Source of the DNA: an uncultured virus (IMG/VR IMGVR_UViG_3300048930_001385)
Taxonomy: Duplodnaviria > Heunggongvirae > Uroviricota > Caudoviricetes
Length of the DNA stretch: 64,000 bases
Direction: 5' to 3' (one strand)
IMG/VR virus record: IMGVR_UViG_3300048930_001385
Within the stretch, counting starts at the first letter, position 1. Each line of letters starts with the position of its first letter. The position numbers and the translations under genes are program-made. Below the pieces are notes generated by a model. The model was not told the DNA's origin. It saw only the letters and a list, made by a program, of their open reading frames with translations, and did not search any database. Of this stretch, positions 40,081 through 50,552 are shown in pieces.

Positions 40081-40500
40081 TCAGAGCGAGTATGCCCCGT
40101 CCACAGCAGTCACGCCAGCGCGCTTGAGCGCGGCGCGGACGGCATCCGCCTTGTCCTTGGCAGTGAAAGCGGTCAGCTCACGCATCGTGATCTGCTCCGC
40201 GATCTGCTTACTCGTGAGCGGCACCCGAGCTGCCTTGAGAACCGCGAGAGCTGCCTCGCCGGTCTTTGAGACCTTGCCACCGTCATGACGCGGGCGACCC
40301 CGGCCCACGACCGGAAGACCAGCAGCGATCTTCGCCGCGTTCAGGCTTCCGAACGCCGTGATGTAAGCCTGAGCACTCGGCAGGCCACTGCCCTTGACGT
40401 TGATGTGCTTCGTGCCGATGTTCTCACCCGGATTCGCGTCCGCGATCCGCTGGAGGTTCGCGACGAGCTGCTCCTGGGTGTACTTGCGCTTACGAGCCAT
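40081..40500 (-). CDS. homing-endonuclease-associated repeat-like/AT-hook protein, copy 2
   Basis: near-identical to 12209-12628. Confidence 0.8.
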   Translation of the reverse strand: MARKRKYTQEQLVANLQRIADANPGENIGTKHINVKGSGLPSAQAYITAFGSLNAAKIAAGLPVVGRGRPRHDGGKVSKTGEAALAVLKAARVPLTSKQIAEQITMRELTAFTAKDKADAVRAALKRAGVTAVDGAYSL

Positions 40501-40706
40501 GATGGTTCTCCTGTTTGGATTGCGGGAGGCCTACCCTCCCTTGCCGTACTATTATCGTTACCAAGCGGCTAGACCTTGAGGCCAGGTTGATGGCCCTAGA
40601 GCCAGTATTTCTCGTGTGCAGTAGGCCAGTCAGAGGCATATTCTACCATCCAGGCTGCATGGAGACCTTCAATCCATGTCACTGCCTAATAATTCGGTCG
40701 TCAGCT

Positions 40707-40928
40707 TCAGTTTACCCTATCCCAGAGCTGATCAAGATTGCTATCTAGCTCATTCACGCGGACCAGCAGATTGACGACACACTCTCGCAACGTGTGCGGC
40801 TTCGTCTCAGCATTGTCGACTCGACCAATGTCACTATTACACGTCTCGCACTGAAGAACTTCATGCGAACCATCGGACGGTCGGTAGTGATTGTCAGGCC
40901 TATTAATAATCCGGGCTGGTTCAGTCAT
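40707..40928 (-). CDS. hypothetical protein (CxxC...HxxxxC)
   Basis: cassette ORF. Confidence 0.6.
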   Translation of the reverse strand: MTEPARIINRPDNHYRPSDGSHEVLQCETCNSDIGRVDNAETKPHTLRECVVNLLVRVNELDSNLDQLWDRVN

Positions 40929-41197
40929 TGTCTATTCCCTTCTCGAATATCTCTACTACGCTGGGCCGGCTGCCCGTTTATTGTGCTGTTATCGGCAGCC
41001 TCGTCCTAGCCAGGAAGATACCGCCTGGTCTACGGATAAAGCTGGCGAACCTGCTCCCACGCTGCACGAGAGAGTTCAGCCATGCTCATATGAGGTCGGC
41101 TCAGCACCCAGTGCTCGCAATTGAGCAGGCGGTAGTAGTATCGGCGACGCTCTTGGGTCTGGTGCCAATTGGTGGTAGCAGACATATTATTACTCCT

Positions 41198-41410
41198 TTA
41201 AAGAAGGCGGCCCATACTGCGAACAGCGTCGGCAAAAGTCTGGCCACCGACGATATATATGCCCGCTCGTACCTGCTCGGGGTAAGTGGCGTCCAGTGTT
41301 GAGTCCCATCGGCACAGTGCCCATTCCCCGCCCTGGCGACGGATATGGAACGACGTCCGGGTGAAGCGAATTACCTCACACTCTACCTTGCGCTTCGTCT
41401 TCGTGACCAT
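41198..41410 (-). CDS. hypothetical protein
   Basis: cassette ORF with AAGGAG RBS. Confidence 0.6.
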   Translation of the reverse strand: MVTKTKRKVECEVIRFTRTSFHIRRQGGEWALCRWDSTLDATYPEQVRAGIYIVGGQTFADAVRSMGRLL

Positions 41411-41519
41411 CGTCCGCTCCTTTAGCTTCTTACCCTTGCCATATTATTAACGGCACTGGCAGTCAGTATCTTGAGGCCAGCATGGTGGCCTTATCCAGGA
41501 CAGCGAATGTCCCTCAAGC

Positions 41520-41858
41520 CTATTGGCTGAGGGTGATTTTGTACCCCGCTACCCTAGCTTTCTCGCAAAGCGCCGTGTAGTCTAAACTCGTATAGTTATC
41601 CAGAAAGGCATCGGGGAAGGGGTATTCATAACTAAACTCGTTATCGCCATCACAGATATCGGGCGGTAGGGTAAGTGCATAGAGTCGGTCCAGGACTTCC
41701 GTGAATAGTTCAGCCTCAGAGCTCGTGAGAGTCTCCACATCAAAGCCCTCCATCTCCATGAATGCTTCTTGAACCTCTGTGGAGAAACTTGCCTCATCGG
41801 AACACTGAAGTTTCAGCGTAAGAAGTGGTCCGTTAGGGTTGATCTCGGAATATTCCAT
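41520..41858 (-). CDS. acidic hypothetical protein, leaderless
   Basis: CGATA-N8-ATG. Confidence 0.7.
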   Translation of the reverse strand: MEYSEINPNGPLLTLKLQCSDEASFSTEVQEAFMEMEGFDVETLTSSEAELFTEVLDRLYALTLPPDICDGDNEFSYEYPFPDAFLDNYTSLDYTALCEKARVAGYKITLSQ

Positions 41859-41908
41859 ACTCTACTTATCGGCGGTTATAAAAATAACTTGAGGCCAAGC
41901 TTACCGCT

Positions 41909-42133
41909 CTAGCGTGTAGCCCGGACGGTTGCCCGGATCCACGCCTGTGCCTCGATCCAGCCGATAGGGCCACCACTCATCATGGCGCCGTGAGCGCGGT
42001 GGAAGCCATCCTTGTTGATCTTGTGGGCGATCCGCTCCACGTGCTTAGTGCGAATCGTCGCCTTGGTCTGATTGACCTCTGCATCGATCTCGTTCGCATT
42101 CTTGACGACAACACTCTCGCGAATACCGGCCAT
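41909..42133 (-). CDS. hypothetical protein, paralogue of 30679-30915
   Basis: highly similar protein. Confidence 0.8.
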   Translation of the reverse strand: MAGIRESVVVKNANEIDAEVNQTKATIRTKHVERIAHKINKDGFHRAHGAMMSGGPIGWIEAQAWIRATVRATR

Positions 42134-42314
42134 GATAGGCTCCTTGGTATGGGTTAGTAGATCGCCTTGCCCTAATACTATCGGCAACAGAACAGGATTC
42201 TAGAGGCCAAATGACTGGCCTGTACAGGTGCAAGGGCAAGGAAAGCCGCAAATAGCGGAGGTCCGATGTTGTCTTTACTACCTCGCCTGTTCGGCTCTCC
42301 AGTAATACCCTCAG

Positions 42315-42401
42315 CTGGCTTGGCGGGATTCGAACCCGCTATCTTCGTAGTATCGGGTTAACCCCCATACCACGACGCTTTTCCTATTCAGCTTCTAGCC
42401 A
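42315..42401 (-). ncRNA. tRNA-like RNA with an elongated anticodon arm
   Basis: TGGCTAG/CAAGCCA acceptor, D-arm, GCGGG-TTCGAAT-CCCGC T-arm; anticodon arm TCGTGGTAT-GGGGGTTAACCCG-ATACTACGA; own element copy at ~42420. Confidence 0.7.
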
Positions 42402-42550
42402 ATGTTGATCTACTGTTAGTATCGGTATATCTGAGACCTGCCTTGAGGCCAATAGGGTGTTCGCTCGTATTTAAAGACATCATGACCTCTTCTTGTGTCC
42501 GAGCAGCAGACATTCGCACCGCCGTTTCCACGAACTGAGTGGCTTATCAC

Positions 42551-42775
42551 TCAGCGCATAGAATAGCGCAGCATGAGTGGAAACATAACGAAGTGTATAA
42601 ACAGGACAACACTGAGCATAAGCGGCAACAGCGTCGCAACACTAGCCAGCGTCTCGAATACACTCTTGGTCGTTGCCGCTGCGACGAGCGTCCAAGTCAT
42701 GAGGCTCAATGCCGCAAAAATAACCAGTGTGCAGCGCGTCAGGAACATACGATCTGCCTTATCCTGTGAATTCAT
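42551..42775 (-). CDS. membrane protein
   Basis: two hydrophobic segments. Confidence 0.55.
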   Translation of the reverse strand: MNSQDKADRMFLTRCTLVIFAALSLMTWTLVAAATTKSVFETLASVATLLPLMLSVVLFIHFVMFPLMLRYSMR

Positions 42776-43434
42776 TGTCTAGCTCCCGAGTTTAGGTCTC
42801 ATTGTAGCGCCCGTACGCTTTTCGTATGTAGCATCTATCGGCATTCGTGTATCGGTTGCTGAGGCCAATTCAGTGGCCTAGTAGTGCTATCGGTGCAGAC
42901 CAGGCATCAAGGATCTCATGAGAGACCACATTATTCGCCTTATGCCGATGAAGCTTTCATTTCGACCCACGGAATCCATCGCGCCCAGATTGGATCCAGA
43001 TCATTCATTACGGCTCCTCAATTCTCTACGCGGTTACAACATCTTTATCGGCCCAAGCAGCCCACACTTGAGGCCAGCCTCTTGGCCCTTCGCACACTCA
43101 AGCCAAAGCCGTAACTATTAACGAAAGATACTTGTAGCAACCATTGCAATAAAACCGATCACCATGATAATGATCATAATAGTGGTCGTCATACTGACCA
43201 TACGAGTGGTCTCGGGTGAGGGAGGCCGCTCGGGTGCATTTGAGCCTCTTACTTGACGATAATATCCCGACACGTCCCAGGTCATAATTACGCTCCTTGC
43301 GTCGGATCTGCTGTATGAATTAATAACGAGCCAACTAGGTGAACATTTTGCACATTAGTGCGCTGTGAGATAGATCGGCAACTGCGGCCGATACCTTTAG
43401 GACACTTATTGGCCTAAATCTACCCACTCACGGG

Positions 43435-43680
43435 TTACGCGACATGAGAAATTGCTGGCCCGTCAGGCGTCCAGTTGATCAAGAGACCATCCTCAGTCAG
43501 CGCAACCTCGTCAACGAAGACAATCCCGGATTCAGCGTCTCCTACCGCATAAGCTCGCGCCGGAACCTCGTGCATCGGCTTGCCGGCGAATGCGGGGTGC
43601 AAAGAAAGCTCTAGCTGCTCTCGAGCTACTCGTGCCTGGAAATCAGTTGAGAGCGGATTCTCAAATGGTAAGAAATTCAC
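43435..43680 (-). CDS. hypothetical protein
   Basis: GGAG RBS, cassette ORF. Confidence 0.55.
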   Translation of the reverse strand: MNFLPFENPLSTDFQARVAREQLELSLHPAFAGKPMHEVPARAYAVGDAESGIVFVDEVALTEDGLLINWTPDGPAISHVA

Positions 43681-43775
43681 ATCTACTCCCTTTGATCATA
43701 TTCTTATATTCTTTGTATAACATATCGGCCTGATCTAGCGCTCCTAGAGGACAACAGGCTGGCCTACGGGAAAAT

Positions 43776-43820
43776 AACAAGAGGCCAGGCGAGTAATCTT
43801 TACCCACCTGGCCTCTTGTT
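43776..43820. terminator. inverted-repeat hairpin
   Basis: AACAAGAGGCCAGG...CCTGGCCTCTTGTT directly after the 43820 stop. Confidence 0.7.
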
Positions 43821-44158
43821 TAGACCTCTAGCTCCTTGACAGTGAGCTTGCTCTGTCGCTTGCGGTTCTCTGCCACCAGCTCGTCGGCGCGGTCAGCAAT
43901 CTCGGGGTATTCCTCCTTAAGCTGCTGGAGGATACGACCGTAGGGAACACTGACGTTTACCTGCTCGCGCACCACACGCACAGCCTTCGCGGTAGCCTGC
44001 TCCATGCCCTTGACTGCGCCAGCCTGCTCAAGCTGAGCCATATGCTCAACGCGCTTCTCCTTCGCGGTCTCGTAAGTGGCCTTGGCCGCCTGCTCCGTCT
44101 TAACGAGCTTCGCGCCGGTCTGGATCAGCTTGAGAATCTTGGGGTTAACCTTGCTCAT
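43820..44158 (-). CDS. helical hypothetical protein
   Basis: cassette ORF. Confidence 0.7.
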   Translation of the reverse strand: MSKVNPKILKLIQTGAKLVKTEQAAKATYETAKEKRVEHMAQLEQAGAVKGMEQATAKAVRVVREQVNVSVPYGRILQQLKEEYPEIADRADELVAENRKRQSKLTVKELEV

Positions 44159-44238
44159 GTGTTCTGCCTTTCGCTGTTTTCCCTTGCCCTAATATTATCG
44201 GCGGCGTCAAGCTTACTCTCGAGGCCAAGGTCTTGGCC

Positions 44239-44457
44239 CTACTGGCCCTCGCCCTTCTGGTCGCGGAGGCTCCAGCGAATCTGCTGGTGTGCCCGATAAG
44301 CCGAGCTCATGTGATCATACGGCCCCTTGTCACGGTCGTTGAGCGCATCTAGGATCGCGTTGCACTCATCAACGGTTAGGGCTATGAGAACATGATCGCC
44401 GCCTTCTTTGGTGGTGAGGTCCCAGACGTCGGCCTTGCTCCTAGACATCGGACTCAC
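44239..44457 (-). CDS. hypothetical protein
   Basis: overlaps the end of 44441-44713. Confidence 0.55.
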   Translation of the reverse strand: MSPMSRSKADVWDLTTKEGGDHVLIALTVDECNAILDALNDRDKGPYDHMSSAYRAHQQIRWSLRDQKGEGQ

Positions 44458-44713
44458 CAGCGGGGATTAGACCCTCATTATGCGCGTTGCGTGCGGTACC
44501 GACAGCGGAAACGAGTCCCCACTCAATATTGCTGGGGACGTGACCCACACTGGCTGCTACTGACCATTCACCGGCCTGCTCCCAATCCTTGATTACGAAG
44601 CCGCAGACATCGTGACCATGCTCAGTGAACAAGAGCAGAAGCTGGTCTGCTTCGTCACGAGTGGCGTGTGCGACGTAAGGGCCAACTGGGATAGGAAAAG
44701 TATTCTTAACCAT
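44441..44713 (-). CDS. hypothetical protein (intact copy of the 46736 pseudogene)
   Basis: PVGPYVAHATRDE...VIKDWEQAGEW. Confidence 0.75.
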   Translation of the reverse strand: MVKNTFPIPVGPYVAHATRDEADQLLLLFTEHGHDVCGFVIKDWEQAGEWSVAASVGHVPSNIEWGLVSAVGTARNAHNEGLIPAGESDV

Positions 44714-44804
44714 AGAGGGTGCCTGCTTTCGGATGCTGTATAGGTACTATCGGCAACGGCAAACTTCGTCCGAGGCCAAGGTCTTGGCCCATCCACCCCT
44801 GCAT

Positions 44805-45095
44805 TTACAGCGTTACTACCTCTCCGCCGCGCGTAACCACTGCGCTCTGCCTGTCCTCGTTGACCACGACCGTCACTGGTGTCGGGTCCCAGACAACGGC
44901 CTCAATCTGCTCGGGAGTGATATGCAGGGCTTGCTTCAGGTCGCAGACACCGTTCATTTCCCAGCCTGTAATCTCGCCGCTAGAGGTGCTTGCCTTGATG
45001 TTCAGCGAGTCACCAACGATCTCGATCTTATTACCGCTCTTCATGTAGAAGGTTGCGGTGCCGCTGTACAGGGTGGTATTCTCATCTGCACTCAT
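44805..45095 (-). CDS. hypothetical protein
   Basis: cassette ORF. Confidence 0.65.
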   Translation of the reverse strand: MSADENTTLYSGTATFYMKSGNKIEIVGDSLNIKASTSSGEITGWEMNGVCDLKQALHITPEQIEAVVWDPTPVTVVVNEDRQSAVVTRGGEVVTL

Positions 45096-45172
45096 GATTT
45101 CTCCCTGGTTTCAGGTGGTGTTCTATACGTATCGGTATCGATTGTGACTTGCTGAGGCCAACAGGCCGGCCT

Positions 45173-45412
45173 TCACTCAGTTGGCATAAAATGAGCGTAC
45201 TGCTCCTGAGTGTTATCGTCTGTGAAGCGCCAGCCACCCGAGTAGTCCATGCGGCCAAGTCCAATGACCTGCCCATCGACCGTGACCTCGGCGCAGGGAG
45301 CATAAGCGTCAAGGTTGAGCCAGCAGCTTGCCTCGACCACGTCACCAGCCTTGAGGCCCGCACGGTCGTTGTCCTTGAGTAGCGTCACTGAGCGCATTCC
45401 GAGGTTAGCCAT
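45173..45412 (-). CDS. hypothetical protein
   Basis: cassette ORF. Confidence 0.65.
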   Translation of the reverse strand: MANLGMRSVTLLKDNDRAGLKAGDVVEASCWLNLDAYAPCAEVTVDGQVIGLGRMDYSGGWRFTDDNTQEQYAHFMPTE

Positions 45413-45508
45413 GGTATCTATCCTTTAAGTCTGGGGCGGCATTTCCGCCCGTATATATTTTATCGGCTCCTGAGCAATGTTCTTGAGGCCAATGCCGTGG
45501 CCAACTGG

Positions 45509-45856
45509 TTATCGCATTCTCAACGAGGCTCCAACAGTGAAGTAATTATTCAGCGCTACCCCCTGCGCATCCGAAAGCTTGCCATCCTCGCCAACTAGAT
45601 TAGCGTTCAGTTCGGCAGAAACGAAGTCAAGGACAGAGAACATATCACGTCCGGGGTGAACGAGCATATAGACGGTCTCATTATCCCCTACTGCGAGAGG
45701 AATGAGCTTTGCACTCTTGCTTGCCTTGAGACTAAGCACGTCTGCGAACTGTTCCTCAATGGGATTAGCACTAGCAGGGCGACTGAGGAGGGCGATTTGC
45801 GCCGACCCCTTGTTCCAGACCCGAACCATAACCGTATTGGTCTTTGATGTGCTCAT
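45509..45856 (-). CDS. hypothetical protein
   Basis: flanked by near-identical element copies at 45461 and 45889. Confidence 0.7.
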   Translation of the reverse strand: MSTSKTNTVMVRVWNKGSAQIALLSRPASANPIEEQFADVLSLKASKSAKLIPLAVGDNETVYMLVHPGRDMFSVLDFVSAELNANLVGEDGKLSDAQGVALNNYFTVGASLRMR

Positions 45857-46198
45857 GTCACGCTCCTAATTCCCGCTGCCAAGATACCTATCGGCTCCTG
45901 AGCTATGTTCTTGAGGCCAGCGCCGTGGCCGCTTGCGGAGACTATATGGTTAGGAGAGTCGGGCCAGGTCGAGAGCGCACGTTCTTGAGATATTAGCCGC
46001 GACAGGCCACAACTGGTTCGCGCTGAAGCTGACAAACCATCGCGTATCGCCCATCATCAAGAATCTTGATCGTCTCCACATACCCGCCGACTACCCCTAT
46101 GAACCTGATCATGTCCAGCAGAGTATCAATATTGTACTGATTGACAATCGTGCGCGTGAGCGGCGTTGCCAACGGCTGGGAAGCAGGCTCAGGTTTCC

Positions 46199-46447
46199 TC
46201 ACTGTCCGTGAGCCTCAAGCTCGTCAGCGAGTGCGCGAAGGGTATCAGCATCCCAGTACACATGATGGAGGAAACCCTTGTCGGGAACGCGCAGGTAGGC
46301 TTTGCCGTCGTCATCGACGCGGAGACAAGAACGAAGTTCGATAGACTGAGGTTCGGAGATGTTCATGTGCTCGCTAGCGATTGCCCTGACAGAGCAGGGG
46401 CCAAACTCGCCGGGCTGAATATTGGTCTTGATCGCGGTGTCGTTCAT
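46199..46447 (-). CDS. hypothetical protein, leaderless
   Basis: CGATA-N8-ATG; GTGA overlap with ORF 45993-46202. Confidence 0.65.
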   Translation of the reverse strand: MNDTAIKTNIQPGEFGPCSVRAIASEHMNISEPQSIELRSCLRVDDDGKAYLRVPDKGFLHHVYWDADTLRALADELEAHGQ

Positions 46448-46735
46448 AATACCTTTATCGCTCTGGTTGAAGGGTTACTTGAGGCCAGTTTCTGGGCCTC
46501 CTCCGCTGTCAGCGGAATACCATAGTTTTGCGAACTACTCGGGAGTGTTCATCGGGTAATAGTTGAAGGCTTCGATGTCGTCCCCATCAACCTGGGTGTA
46601 GAGGGAGTCCTCATCGCAAGTAAACGAGGTTCCGTCCGTAAAAATAATCTCAACCATGACCTTCTCCTATCTGCTTGACCTTCTCTGATTTATTTATCGG
46701 CCCCTGGCTCTGCAGCAAGAGGACAATTGCTGGCC

Positions 46736-46999
46736 TCAAGCAGGAGGGATGAGACCCTCTCGGTGTGCCCGGCGAGCGGTACCGACAGCAGAGGTAAGCC
46801 CCCACTCAATATTGCTGGGGATGTGACCGACGCTGGCTACCACTGACCACTCACCGGCCTGCTCCTAATCCTTGATCACGAAGCCGCAGACATCATGCCC
46901 GTGCTCAGTCAGAAGCAGGAGAAGCTGGTTAGTCTCGTCACGAGTGGCGTGTGCGACGTAAGGGCCGACTGGGATCTGAAATGCTGTGAGAGTGCTCAT
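46736..46999 (-). pseudogene. copy of 44441-44713 with a TGG>TAG nonsense change
   Basis: in-frame TAG at 46865-46867; homology continues past it. Confidence 0.8.
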
Positions 47000-47092
47000 A
47001 TTCTTGGCGTCCTTTCTGGGTGCTGTACAGGTTGTATCGTCAGCGGGTATTTATTACTAGAGGCCAGGCACCTGGCCCTGACTAGGCCCAGC

Positions 47093-47464
47093 CTATCGGA
47101 CCTTGAACTGAGCCTCGGCCACGCGCTTGATTAGAACATCCATGAGGCGGCGGCTATCCTTACGACTCATGCGCGAGTAGCCTGCGTCCTTGAGCACGAG
47201 CTGAATGAGCCGATGCGCCGCGCCCACATTACCAAGCTCGTGACGGCGAACAGTCCAGGTCTCAACGCCCCGGACCCATGCTTTACCCCCGTAATTCCAA
47301 GAGCAAATCTCTACCCCGAGAGCAGGTGCGAACACTCGATCTCGGTAATACACCTCGCGGTACGGTGAACAGGGATAAGCTCGCTCGCTCTTTACTGTAA
47401 GAGAGTTGAGAACGTCCTGAAATAGCTCGGCGGGAATCGGATTCTTCTGAGTGAACAATGCCAT
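47093..47464 (-). CDS. hypothetical protein
   Basis: cassette ORF. Confidence 0.65.
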   Translation of the reverse strand: MALFTQKNPIPAELFQDVLNSLTVKSERAYPCSPYREVYYRDRVFAPALGVEICSWNYGGKAWVRGVETWTVRRHELGNVGAAHRLIQLVLKDAGYSRMSRKDSRRLMDVLIKRVAEAQFKVR

Positions 47465-47535
47465 GATGATCCTTACGCTTGATTACATAATCAATATCGG
47501 CTGATCCGTCGGATCCCGTGAGGCCAGATATTGTC

Positions 47536-47733
47536 CTACTGAACAATGATAAGGGCATTGACGTGTACACTGCTACGCCAGGTCGCAGGATGTTGAGGTG
47601 AGGGCGGCCATTCAATTAAGTAGTAATCGGGCAGCTCTTCATTCTCATCATCGCGGACAACAAGCCCCAGACCTCGCTCAGGCTTGCCGAGCCGCCTGAC
47701 TGGTGTTCCTGGCTTCAGCTTCTCTTGTATCAT
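47536..47733 (-). CDS. small SH3-like protein
   Basis: LKPGTPVR...G.VV...Y.IEW. Confidence 0.6.
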   Translation of the reverse strand: MIQEKLKPGTPVRRLGKPERGLGLVVRDDENEELPDYYLIEWPPSPQHPATWRSSVHVNALIIVQ

Positions 47734-47800
47734 TTACTCCCTCACTTTTATATAGATGCTATCGGCACCGGCAGCGATGCAGGAGAGGACAAGGCGTGGC

Positions 47801-48181
47801 CTATCCGAGATTTTCTCGCTCTGACTTGAGCTTCTCGGCCACCGGAACCATAATCTTTTTGGAATAGAAGCGAAGGATATTGCCGATCACGAAGGGGACC
47901 ACGAGTCCAGTAACCGCAAGAACACTGGGAGCGTACACGAGGACGCCGATAATGACAGACAGTGAGAAGAGGCGATAGAGGAGCGCTGAGGTTCGGCTCT
48001 TTTCGTCCTTGCCTCGCAGTGATGCGGTGACGATGAACAGGGCAATGCTGCCTGCGACAATCCAGTTGCCAGTGACTATCGCCAGTGCAAGTGATCCGAA
48101 CGCACTCACGAGCGCTACCCCGGCGAGCACGAAGGCGAACGCAGTGGTCTTGAGAAACTTCTTTTCAGCGGGAGTGTTCAT
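47801..48181 (-). CDS. membrane protein, leaderless
   Basis: four hydrophobic segments; CGATG-N8-ATG. Confidence 0.7.
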   Translation of the reverse strand: MNTPAEKKFLKTTAFAFVLAGVALVSAFGSLALAIVTGNWIVAGSIALFIVTASLRGKDEKSRTSALLYRLFSLSVIIGVLVYAPSVLAVTGLVVPFVIGNILRFYSKKIMVPVAEKLKSERENLG

Positions 48182-48577
48182 ACTACTATCATCGGCTCCG
48201 CGAGCATTAGTCTCAAGGACATTGCAATGGCCGCTCTGTGAGCTCCGTGCGAAGGACAGGATCATCCCTAGCGCGGAGAGCATGATCCCGAATTATATAT
48301 CCAGGGTCTGGATAATATTATAGGTTAATTACTGGATGCAGGCTTTCCTGTTTCGACATATGACCAGTCCACAAAATCGTAGCCCTCCCAGTTGTCTACG
48401 CCGGCCCCTTCTAGTGAGCGAAGTGCTCGCCTGTCGCGCTGTAGGGACTCGTGCTCAGATACTGTGATCGTGATTGTCTTTTCGTCACTCATGTTAGGGC
48501 CTCTCTGCTGTTCAATAGATTGCTTCGCTCTAATATTATCGGCAAATAAGCCGGATACTAGAGGCCAGACCTATGGC

Positions 48578-49051
48578 CTAGAGCTCGCTCTCGATCTTGT
48601 CCACGAGCTGCTGAAAATCCTGCGGAGCCTTGTCAAACATTACGATGCCCGGATCAAAACTATGGGTAGTAACCATAAGCTTATCGGGCCAGACAGTGAA
48701 CCGCATGCCAAGAAGAATTGAAGTATAGCCGCCCTCACCATTATCCTCCCATGGCGCGCCGATGGAATTATGGTTGGAGAGAGCAGCCGCTACTGCTGCT
48801 GCCGCTCCGGGATCCGTGACGACAAAGTTCTCAAGGTCACTGGCGACATCGTAGCCATGCGCTACGGCGAGGCGATCCCGAACCTCCTCCATTTGATCCT
48901 CCGTGGGATTCAGACTCACGACCTCATGAGCAACATTGAGCAGCTCGAGAATCTCATCATCGCTCATATTGGCGCCGAATCCGTCACCAAACTGCTGATC
49001 TAGGCCGGTGCGAATCTGTGTGAACAGCTCTGCCTGAATTGAATCGCTCAT
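48578..49051 (-). CDS. acidic hypothetical protein
   Basis: GAGG RBS; stop overlaps the palindrome. Confidence 0.7.
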   Translation of the reverse strand: MSDSIQAELFTQIRTGLDQQFGDGFGANMSDDEILELLNVAHEVVSLNPTEDQMEEVRDRLAVAHGYDVASDLENFVVTDPGAAAAVAAALSNHNSIGAPWEDNGEGGYTSILLGMRFTVWPDKLMVTTHSFDPGIVMFDKAPQDFQQLVDKIESEL

Positions 49052-49146
49052 TTTTAACCTCTCGTTATATGAATCTCTGGGCTAGGACTATTATCGGTAT
49101 CTTAGACAACACCTGGAGGCCAATAAGCGGCCGCGCCATTGCCACA

Positions 49147-49389
49147 TTAGAGCCAGCTGAGCCACTCAACAAAGCGGAACAGTGGGCGGCGCCAGGCAGG
49201 GACAGTGCGGGAATCGATAGCTCGCTTGATTGATAAGGCGCATTCATCACACATCCGCCACTCCGTAGGACCAAATGCCCCACGCCCATACAGGAGAGTG
49301 ATTGAAGCCTCACCTGTACCATGGACACACTGGCGCTGCATTACCGGAGTGGCTGGGTTCGTATCCATCATTGCGACCTCGTCTCTCAT
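49147..49389 (-). CDS. hypothetical protein
   Basis: cassette ORF; CVH...CDEC. Confidence 0.55.
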   Translation of the reverse strand: MRDEVAMMDTNPATPVMQRQCVHGTGEASITLLYGRGAFGPTEWRMCDECALSIKRAIDSRTVPAWRRPLFRFVEWLSWL

Positions 49390-49423
49390 TTTTACTCTCT
49401 CTGCCTATCGGAGAGAAGGCTAG

Positions 49424-50047
49424 TTACCTTGAGGCCAAGTGGGTGGCCAGTCGCTTCTGAATCTCGTGCTGAACATGAGTAACGTTCTCGACGATACGCA
49501 GGTCAAGATCCTCAACTACCAAGACCCTGTCTCTCACATTTTCACTGAGGATCCAATCTTCATATAATTCATGTAACTCACAGAGTAGGTCAAGCGGAAT
49601 ACCGCTCTCGTAGCCGCGTGCCCGAGAGTTGATTTGCGATAAAGCACACTCAGGGGTCGTGCGAACGTACACATAGAGGTCAGGAAAGGGTGACTCCTTC
49701 AGTGTCAGCTCAACCGTATCTCGTAGTAAGGCAGCCTCCTCAGCACGGAGGATTCCGTGCCGCTCGCGATAGCGAATAAATACAGCAAGCTGGTCATGGG
49801 CGGTTCGGTCTTGCAGACCTACGCCTGGGCGGGAACGGATGTTGAGCTGATGTTCACACGCGCGATTGAGAAAAAAGAGGGCCGATGCCAGCGCCCACCG
49901 ATGCGGGTCGCGATAGAAGTCCTCCATGAAAGGATTCAGGTCTTCGCCTTCGGTGTAGGTCCGAGCGTCAGTAAGAGTGGCGAGACCACTCATTAGTGTG
50001 GTCTTCCCCGCACCAATGTTACCAACAATTCCTACGTGAGTGCCCAT
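49424..50047 (-). CDS. deoxynucleoside kinase (dNK family), leaderless
   Basis: GNIGAGKTT P-loop, FY.DP.RWA, QDR, PDLYVY, I.SRARGYE lid, L..LYEDW. Confidence 0.9.
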   Translation of the reverse strand: MGTHVGIVGNIGAGKTTLMSGLATLTDARTYTEGEDLNPFMEDFYRDPHRWALASALFFLNRACEHQLNIRSRPGVGLQDRTAHDQLAVFIRYRERHGILRAEEAALLRDTVELTLKESPFPDLYVYVRTTPECALSQINSRARGYESGIPLDLLCELHELYEDWILSENVRDRVLVVEDLDLRIVENVTHVQHEIQKRLATHLASR

Positions 50048-50101
50048 AGTAAACATATCGGTCCACGGCTGCCAAGTCATAAGGCCAAATCACTGGCCAG
50101 G

Positions 50102-50470
50102 TTAATGGACAGCCGTGTGCTTGACGAATGGCGCGTAGCCGGGAACTGTCATGCCCGCACGAGTGCAGGTAGAGCTATCACAGTCCGTGTGATCGTAGTG
50201 CCAGCATGCTCCACTCTGATGCTCTTCGCTCTGACGATGCTCCAGTGCCTCGATTTCCTGTTCGTGCGAGTGACCGCAACCCCATGAGAGACGACGATTA
50301 CATGCCTCACAGTAGTCTGGGTCCAGCCCTAGTTCGGCTCGCGTCGGCCAGAATTGATCCTCCTCGGCCTCGTGTCCGCAGTCCAGGCACTCCATGATCG
50401 CGTAAGCGCCCGAACCATCCTCATCCGAGATTCGGGTTTCATTTGAACGGCATACTGGACAACGATCCAT
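50102..50470 (-). CDS. Cys/His-rich zinc-finger protein
   Basis: CPVC, CLDC, CEAC. Confidence 0.65.
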   Translation of the reverse strand: MDRCPVCRSNETRISDEDGSGAYAIMECLDCGHEAEEDQFWPTRAELGLDPDYCEACNRRLSWGCGHSHEQEIEALEHRQSEEHQSGACWHYDHTDCDSSTCTRAGMTVPGYAPFVKHTAVH

Positions 50471-50552
50471 GGTGTCTCCTCTGACTAGACATTTGTTCTA
50501 CTATATTTATCGGCACCACTCGCTATATCAAGAGGCCATGCGAATGGCCTGA

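Noticed and set aside
46865..46867. Amber stop-codon reassignment
   Set aside because: Single case; many intact genes and paralogue pairs end at TAG, and no CTA-anticodon tRNA was seen
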